Below are positions 59,560 through 64,000 of a stretch of DNA of 64,000 nucleotides, piece by piece. The DNA comes from Candidatus Poribacteria bacterium. Its GTDB lineage: Bacteria > Poribacteria > WGA-4E > WGA-3G. The stretch is taken from assembly GCA_965242965.1 (NCBI GenBank), contig OZ251518.1:3552001-3616000 (forward strand), read 5' to 3'. The position numbers and the translations under genes are program-made. The notes under the pieces are model-generated. The model searched no databases. It was not told where the DNA came from and was given only the letters and a program-made list of their open reading frames with translations. Position 1 is the first letter of the stretch. Every line of letters begins with the position of its first letter.

Positions 59560-61632
59560 ATGAAACAATACAGGACGGACCAGATCCGAAACATTGGCAT
59601 CATCGCGCATTCCGGCGCGGGGAAGACATCCCTCGTTGAAGCGATGCTCTTCAACGGGGGAACCATCGAACGCATGGGTGCTGTGGATAACGGAAATTCC
59701 GTTGCGGACTATGCCGCCGACGAAATCGAACGAAAAACGACGCTCAACTGCTCGGTGTGTATCGCCGAATGGGAGGGACATAAACTCAATCTGATTGATA
59801 CCCCCGGCGCAGAGGATTTTTACGGAGACTTGCACAGCGTCCTCCGCATCGTGGATGCCGTTATTGTCGTCGTCGATGCGACTACCGGCGTGGAAGGGGG
59901 AACTGAAAAGGTCTGGGAGGTAGCCGATAAGTATCAACTGCCACGGCTAATCTTTGTCAATAAGAGCGATAAAGAGAACGCCAGTTTTGAGAATGCACTC
60001 GCGAGCATTGAGGAGACTTTGGAGACACGCGCCGTTGCTATCCAATTGCCGATTGGCGAAGAGGCGCAGCTTTCCGGTGTCGTTGACTTCGTGCAGATGG
60101 GCGCGTTTCTGGAACCTGATGGAAGCAAACCCGCAACGAAAACGGACATTCCCGAAGAACTCGCGGCACCGGCGGAAGAAGCACGCGAAGCACTCGTCGA
60201 AGTCGTCGCAGAAACCGATGACGCGCTGATCGAAAAGTTTTTTGAAGAAGGCGGGCTCTCCGACGAAGAAATTCAGGCCGGCTTGAAAACAGGGATTTTC
60301 GAGAACCAATTTGTCCCGGTGCTGTGCGGCTCCGCCTTGAAAAATATCGGCGTGCAACAGGTGATGGATACGCTGATAAACTGCTTCCCATCGCCTGTGG
60401 ATGTCGGCGCAGTTGAAGGCGTTGAGGCATCCGAAACGCGTGAACCCACGGCTGACGCACCGATGTCCGCCTTGGTTTTCAAAACTATCGCGGACCCGTT
60501 TACAGGACAATTGAGTTTCTTCCGCGTTTATTCTGGCACACTGCAAGGCGATACGCAAGTCAGCAATTTGACGCGCGGACAGATAGAACGCCTCGGCAAG
60601 ACGATGTTTATGAACGGGAAGGACACAATCGGCACGGCGCAGGTGCAGACAGGCGATATCGGCGCGCTGACGAAACTCGCTGTCACACAAACCGGCGATA
60701 CGCTTTGCGATAGAGACGCGCCGATTCAGTTGCCGGGCATTGAATTCCCACCCTCTGTCATCTCTTACGCCATCCGGCCAGCGCGCGAAGGTGAAGATGA
60801 GAAGATGATCAGCGCGCTCACGCGGATGTCCGAAGAAGACCCGGTTTTCCGGCTCGAACGCGACGAAGAGACGAAACAACTCCGTATCTCTGGACTCGGC
60901 GAATTGCACATTACCGTCAACCGCGGCCGGATGGCGGAGAAGTTCGGCGTGCAAACCGAACTCTCGCCGCCGAAAGTGCCGTATCGCGAGACGGTGCGCC
61001 GCAGCGTCCGGAGCATCAACGGCAGACATAAACGACAGTCTGGGGGTAGGGGACAATTCGGCGATGTCTGGATTAACCTCGCCCCGGTTCAGCGCGGCGA
61101 AGGCTTTGAATTTGTCAATAACATTGTCGGCGGCTCCATTCCGCGTAACTATATACCCGCGGTGGAGAAGGGCATCCGTGAGAGGATGTCGCGCGGACTT
61201 GTCGCCGGGTATCCAGTCGTAGATCTCCAGATCGACCTTTACGATGGCAAGCACCACCCGGTGGATTCGTCGGATATGGCGTTCCAGATCGCCGGTTCGA
61301 TTGCGTTTGCGGCGGCGGCAGAAGAGGCAGATCCGGCGTTACTTGAACCGATTATGAATGTGCAGATTACGGTGCCGGAGCAGTTCATGGGGAGCATCAT
61401 CGGCGATCTGAACGGTAGGCGTGGGCAGGTGATGGGGGTGGAGCAGATAGGCAAGCGGCAGGTCATCCAAGCGCATGTGCCGCTGGCGGAGATGCTCCGT
61501 TACTCGATCGATCTGAAATCGATGACGAGTGCGCGCGGCAGTTTCACGATGGAATTCTCGCACTATGAAATCGCGCCGGATGATGTTGCACAGAAAGTGA
61601 TTGCTGCTTCAAAGGCTGAGGCGGAGGAATAG
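59560..61632 (+). CDS. fusA: Elongation factor G (stand-alone, EF-G2-like paralog)
   Basis: AHSGAGKT, DTPG, NKSD, GLGELH, YRET, HKRQSGGRGQF, VDSS, LLEP; TTGACA-17-TAAAAT promoter at 59491-59519. Confidence 0.92.
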   Translation: MKQYRTDQIRNIGIIAHSGAGKTSLVEAMLFNGGTIERMGAVDNGNSVADYAADEIERKTTLNCSVCIAEWEGHKLNLIDTPGAEDFYGDLHSVLRIVDAVIVVVDATTGVEGGTEKVWEVADKYQLPRLIFVNKSDKENASFENALASIEETLETRAVAIQLPIGEEAQLSGVVDFVQMGAFLEPDGSKPATKTDIPEELAAPAEEAREALVEVVAETDDALIEKFFEEGGLSDEEIQAGLKTGIFENQFVPVLCGSALKNIGVQQVMDTLINCFPSPVDVGAVEGVEASETREPTADAPMSALVFKTIADPFTGQLSFFRVYSGTLQGDTQVSNLTRGQIERLGKTMFMNGKDTIGTAQVQTGDIGALTKLAVTQTGDTLCDRDAPIQLPGIEFPPSVISYAIRPAREGEDEKMISALTRMSEEDPVFRLERDEETKQLRISGLGELHITVNRGRMAEKFGVQTELSPPKVPYRETVRRSVRSINGRHKRQSGGRGQFGDVWINLAPVQRGEGFEFVNNIVGGSIPRNYIPAVEKGIRERMSRGLVAGYPVVDLQIDLYDGKHHPVDSSDMAFQIAGSIAFAAAAEEADPALLEPIMNVQITVPEQFMGSIIGDLNGRRGQVMGVEQIGKRQVIQAHVPLAEMLRYSIDLKSMTSARGSFTMEFSHYEIAPDDVAQKVIAASKAEAEE

Positions 61633-61968
61633 GTGATTTCGTGGAACGTCGCGCGGGTGCTTGTAATTTGCCGATGTTACCGTAGCGCGGGTGCTTGTAA
61701 TTTGCCGGTGTCACCGTAGCGCGGGGGCCTGTCCCCCGCACTTGCGCCCGGAAACGCTGCATGGAACGTAGCGCGGGGGCCTGTCCCCCGCGATCTCGGA
61801 TGTCTGAAGCAGGATTTTCAAGATTTCCAAGATTTTCAGGATTAGTCAGAGATGCATCCTGTCCTCCGTGCTTGCGATCGGAAACGCTGCCTGGAACGTC
61901 GCGCGGGGGGGCCGTCCCCCGCGATCGCTCAGTCACATCAATGTCTGAAACGCAAGCCGCCGCTGTCA

Positions 61969-62600
61969 CCGTAGCGCGGGGGCCTGTCCCCCGCGATCGT
62001 TGTCACATCGAAAACCGTCCGCGGCCCCGGGGCTCCGGACGGTTTCTGTCCTGTCCGATGCATGGCGAGGGACAGGCCCTCGCCCTACGATGAAGGGGAG
62101 GTTCTCCACTGTCTTCAACGCAAGCCGCCGGTGTCCCCGTAGCGCGGGGGCCTGTCCCCCGCGATCGTTGTCACATCGAAAACCGTCCGCGGCCCCGGGG
62201 CTCCGGACGGTTTCTGTCATGTCCGAAGCATGGCGAGGGACAGGCCCTCGCCCTACGATGAAGGGGAGGTTCTCCACTGTCTTCAACGCAAGCCGCCGGT
62301 GTCCCCGTAGCGCGGGGGCCTGTCCCCCGCGATCGTTGTCACATCGAAAACCGTCCGCGGCCCCGGGGCTCCGGACGGTTTCTGTCCTGTCCGATGCATG
62401 GCGAGGGACAGGCCCTCGCCCTACGATGAAGGGGAGGTTCTCCACTGTCTTCAACGCAAGCCGCCGGTGTCCCCGTAGCGCGGGGGCCTGTCCCCGCGAT
62501 CGTTGTCACATCGAAAACCGTCCGCGCCCCCGATGTCGCGGGCGTTTTCTGTCCTGTCCGATGCATGGCGAGGGACAGGCCCTCGCCCTACGTTGAAGGA
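61969..62600. repeat. 168-bp tandem repeat (about 3.7 copies), BIME-like array of two inverted GTAG hairpins
   Basis: GTAG starts at 61971, 62139, 62307 and 62475; each unit has a forward GTAGCGCGGGGG hairpin and a reverse GTAGGGCGAGGG hairpin. Confidence 0.92.
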
Positions 62601-62690
62601 GAGACAGCACCCTCTGTAGTTTGTGCTCGCCTGATCACAAACGGCAGGCCCTCGCCCTACGTTGAAGAGGAGACAGGGCAGCGCGCAATG

Positions 62691-63020
62691 CTAACTTGCC
62701 GAAACTGCCCTTTCTAAAACCTCTTGAACGTAGGTATTCAGGTCTAACTGATGCCGATGCGCTTGCCAAGCAAGCCGACAGTGTAACGCAGGATTCATTT
62801 GAACCTCAATTTTACCTGAGAATGGCTTTTCCGGCACTTTCCCTTGCTCCTTGCAGAAGTCAAGGTAAACCTCAATAGACTTCTGCATCTCCTCGCGAAG
62901 TTCGGCTGTAGAAGCACCATAGAACGTGACTACGTCATTGATGTTAATCACTGTTCCGTGAAAGAGGTCGATTTCCGAATCGAAATCGACGGTGCCTATA
63001 TACCCTTTGTATTCGATCAT
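62691..63020 (-). CDS. hicB: HicB-family antitoxin (orphan)
   Basis: MIEYKGYIG...FHG...DVVTF...YLDFC...PEKPFSGK...LH. Confidence 0.85.
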   Translation of the reverse strand: MIEYKGYIGTVDFDSEIDLFHGTVININDVVTFYGASTAELREEMQKSIEVYLDFCKEQGKVPEKPFSGKIEVQMNPALHCRLAWQAHRHQLDLNTYVQEVLERAVSAS

Positions 63021-63069
63021 GGGGTAATTCCTATATTTTCCAAAAATCTCCGTAGATCTCTGACTCACC

Positions 63070-63315
63070 CCTGTAGGTCAAGATCGCCTGATCTTGACCC
63101 GTTCGGGATCGGGCGATCCCGAACTACAGAGGGCCCCCAATGCCTGCCGGTATTCGCCCTCCCTTCAAGTCCGGATAAATACCGAAACGGAGCTATGAAA
63201 CACCCTCATATTAGATAAAATCGAGACCGGGAGGTCTCTCCTACCGGGGAACTATCGCGACTTCACCTTTGTAGTTCGGGAGCACCTGCTCCCGAACAGA
63301 GGGCTCTCCTACAAG
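63070..63315. repeat. REP mosaic with terminal motif
   Basis: GTAG hairpins; TATGAAACACCCTCA at about 63195-63209. Confidence 0.8.
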
Positions 63316-63321
63316 GAAAAA

Positions 63322-63353
63322 AGAAAATGGGCGGATGTGAATGACATCCGCCC
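63322..63353 (-). terminator. Probable intrinsic terminator after the aldehyde dehydrogenase gene
   Basis: GGGCGGATGT-loop-ACATCCGCCC hairpin followed by a T-rich tract on the minus strand. Confidence 0.65.
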
Positions 63354-63362
63354 TGAGATTCC

Positions 63363-64000
63363 CTACCCATCCAGATGGAAAATCGCCATCTTCACCTCGG
63401 TCATCTCCTCAATAGCGTATTTGGGACCCTCTTTGCCCATGCCGCTCTCTTTGATACCGCCATACGGCATCAGATCAGCGCGCCACTGCGTGCCCCAGTT
63501 TACCATCAGGTTGCCAGACTCTACCTCGCGGACGAACCGCATCGCCCAATCGACGTTCTGCGTGAAAATCGCCGCGCTCAACCCGTAATGCGTATCGTTC
63601 GCAAGGGCGATTGCCTCGTCAATGTCGTTGACGCGCGTCACGCCGACGGCAGGCCCGAAGACTTCGTCACAGGAGATTTTCATCTCCGGTTTGACGTTGG
63701 CGAGGATGGCAGGGGTGACGAACTGGTCCTGCTTCTCGCCGCCAGTGAGGAGTTCGGCACCGTCGGAAACTGCTTCCTGAATCCATTCGGCGACGCGCGT
63801 CGCATCGGTTTCGCGAATCATCGGCCCCATGCGAGTGCCTGCCTCTAACGGGTTTCCGATGCCGATTTGCGCGACTTCGGCTTGGAACGCGTCCAAAAAA
63901 TCGCCGTAGATTTTCTCGTGTGCGATGACGCGCTGCGTTGAGATACACACCTGTCCGGCGTTAGAATAGCCGGAGGCGGCTGCTGCACGCGCGACCTTCC
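63363..64000 (-). CDS. Aldehyde dehydrogenase (3' part; start outside the window)
   Basis: AGQVCIS catalytic Cys, EVFGP, YGLSAAIF, PYGGIKESGMGKEG. Confidence 0.95.
   Translation of the reverse strand, partial: KVARAAAASGYSNAGQVCISTQRVIAHEKIYGDFLDAFQAEVAQIGIGNPLEAGTRMGPMIRETDATRVAEWIQEAVSDGAELLTGGEKQDQFVTPAILANVKPEMKISCDEVFGPAVGVTRVNDIDEAIALANDTHYGLSAAIFTQNVDWAMRFVREVESGNLMVNWGTQWRADLMPYGGIKESGMGKEGPKYAIEEMTEVKMAIFHLDG

Noticed and set aside
59947-61257. Long antisense ORF (436 aa) opposite fusA, and similar ones such as 6319-7281
   Set aside because: Fully overlapped by conserved genes, no recognisable motifs, and expected from GC-rich codon bias.

Overview
A 64 kb, GC-rich bacterial chromosomal window, most likely from Candidatus Poribacteria. 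This is an inference (no database search was run) from a 16S gene with mismatches at several 'universal' primer sites, four secreted proteins ending in a K-L/V-x-T/V-T-W-x-x-L/V-K tail, and WD40/TPR/LamG/PhyH gene content. Core content: a 16S rRNA + tRNA-Ile unit with no linked 23S, a xanthine-dehydrogenase-family Mo-hydroxylase operon, sppA, thrB, ABC-F, ECF sigma, ftsY, alpha-2-macroglobulin/pbpC and an EF-G paralog. A defence-like region (about 10.5-40 kb) holds a TPR-UPF0175/DUF3368 toxin-antitoxin pair, a kinase/NDT fusion, two DNA methyltransferase(-nuclease) genes each interrupted by one extra G in a poly-G tract, four AAA-ATPase/PD-(D/E)xK paralogs with a hypervariable insert (three in an exact 1637-bp tandem array), an AT-richer TIGR02391 + restriction-nuclease/tubulin-like island with one in-frame TGA, and an XPB/DUF790 pair. 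Most large intergenic spaces are mosaics of several GTAG-prefixed REP-like hairpins, an about 185-bp palindrome and an IS-like terminal motif; some hairpins supply stop codons or sit in frame inside genes. A Cyc2-like diheme cytochrome-porin lies next to a cytochrome P460-family lipoprotein. All family assignments come from motif recognition by eye.
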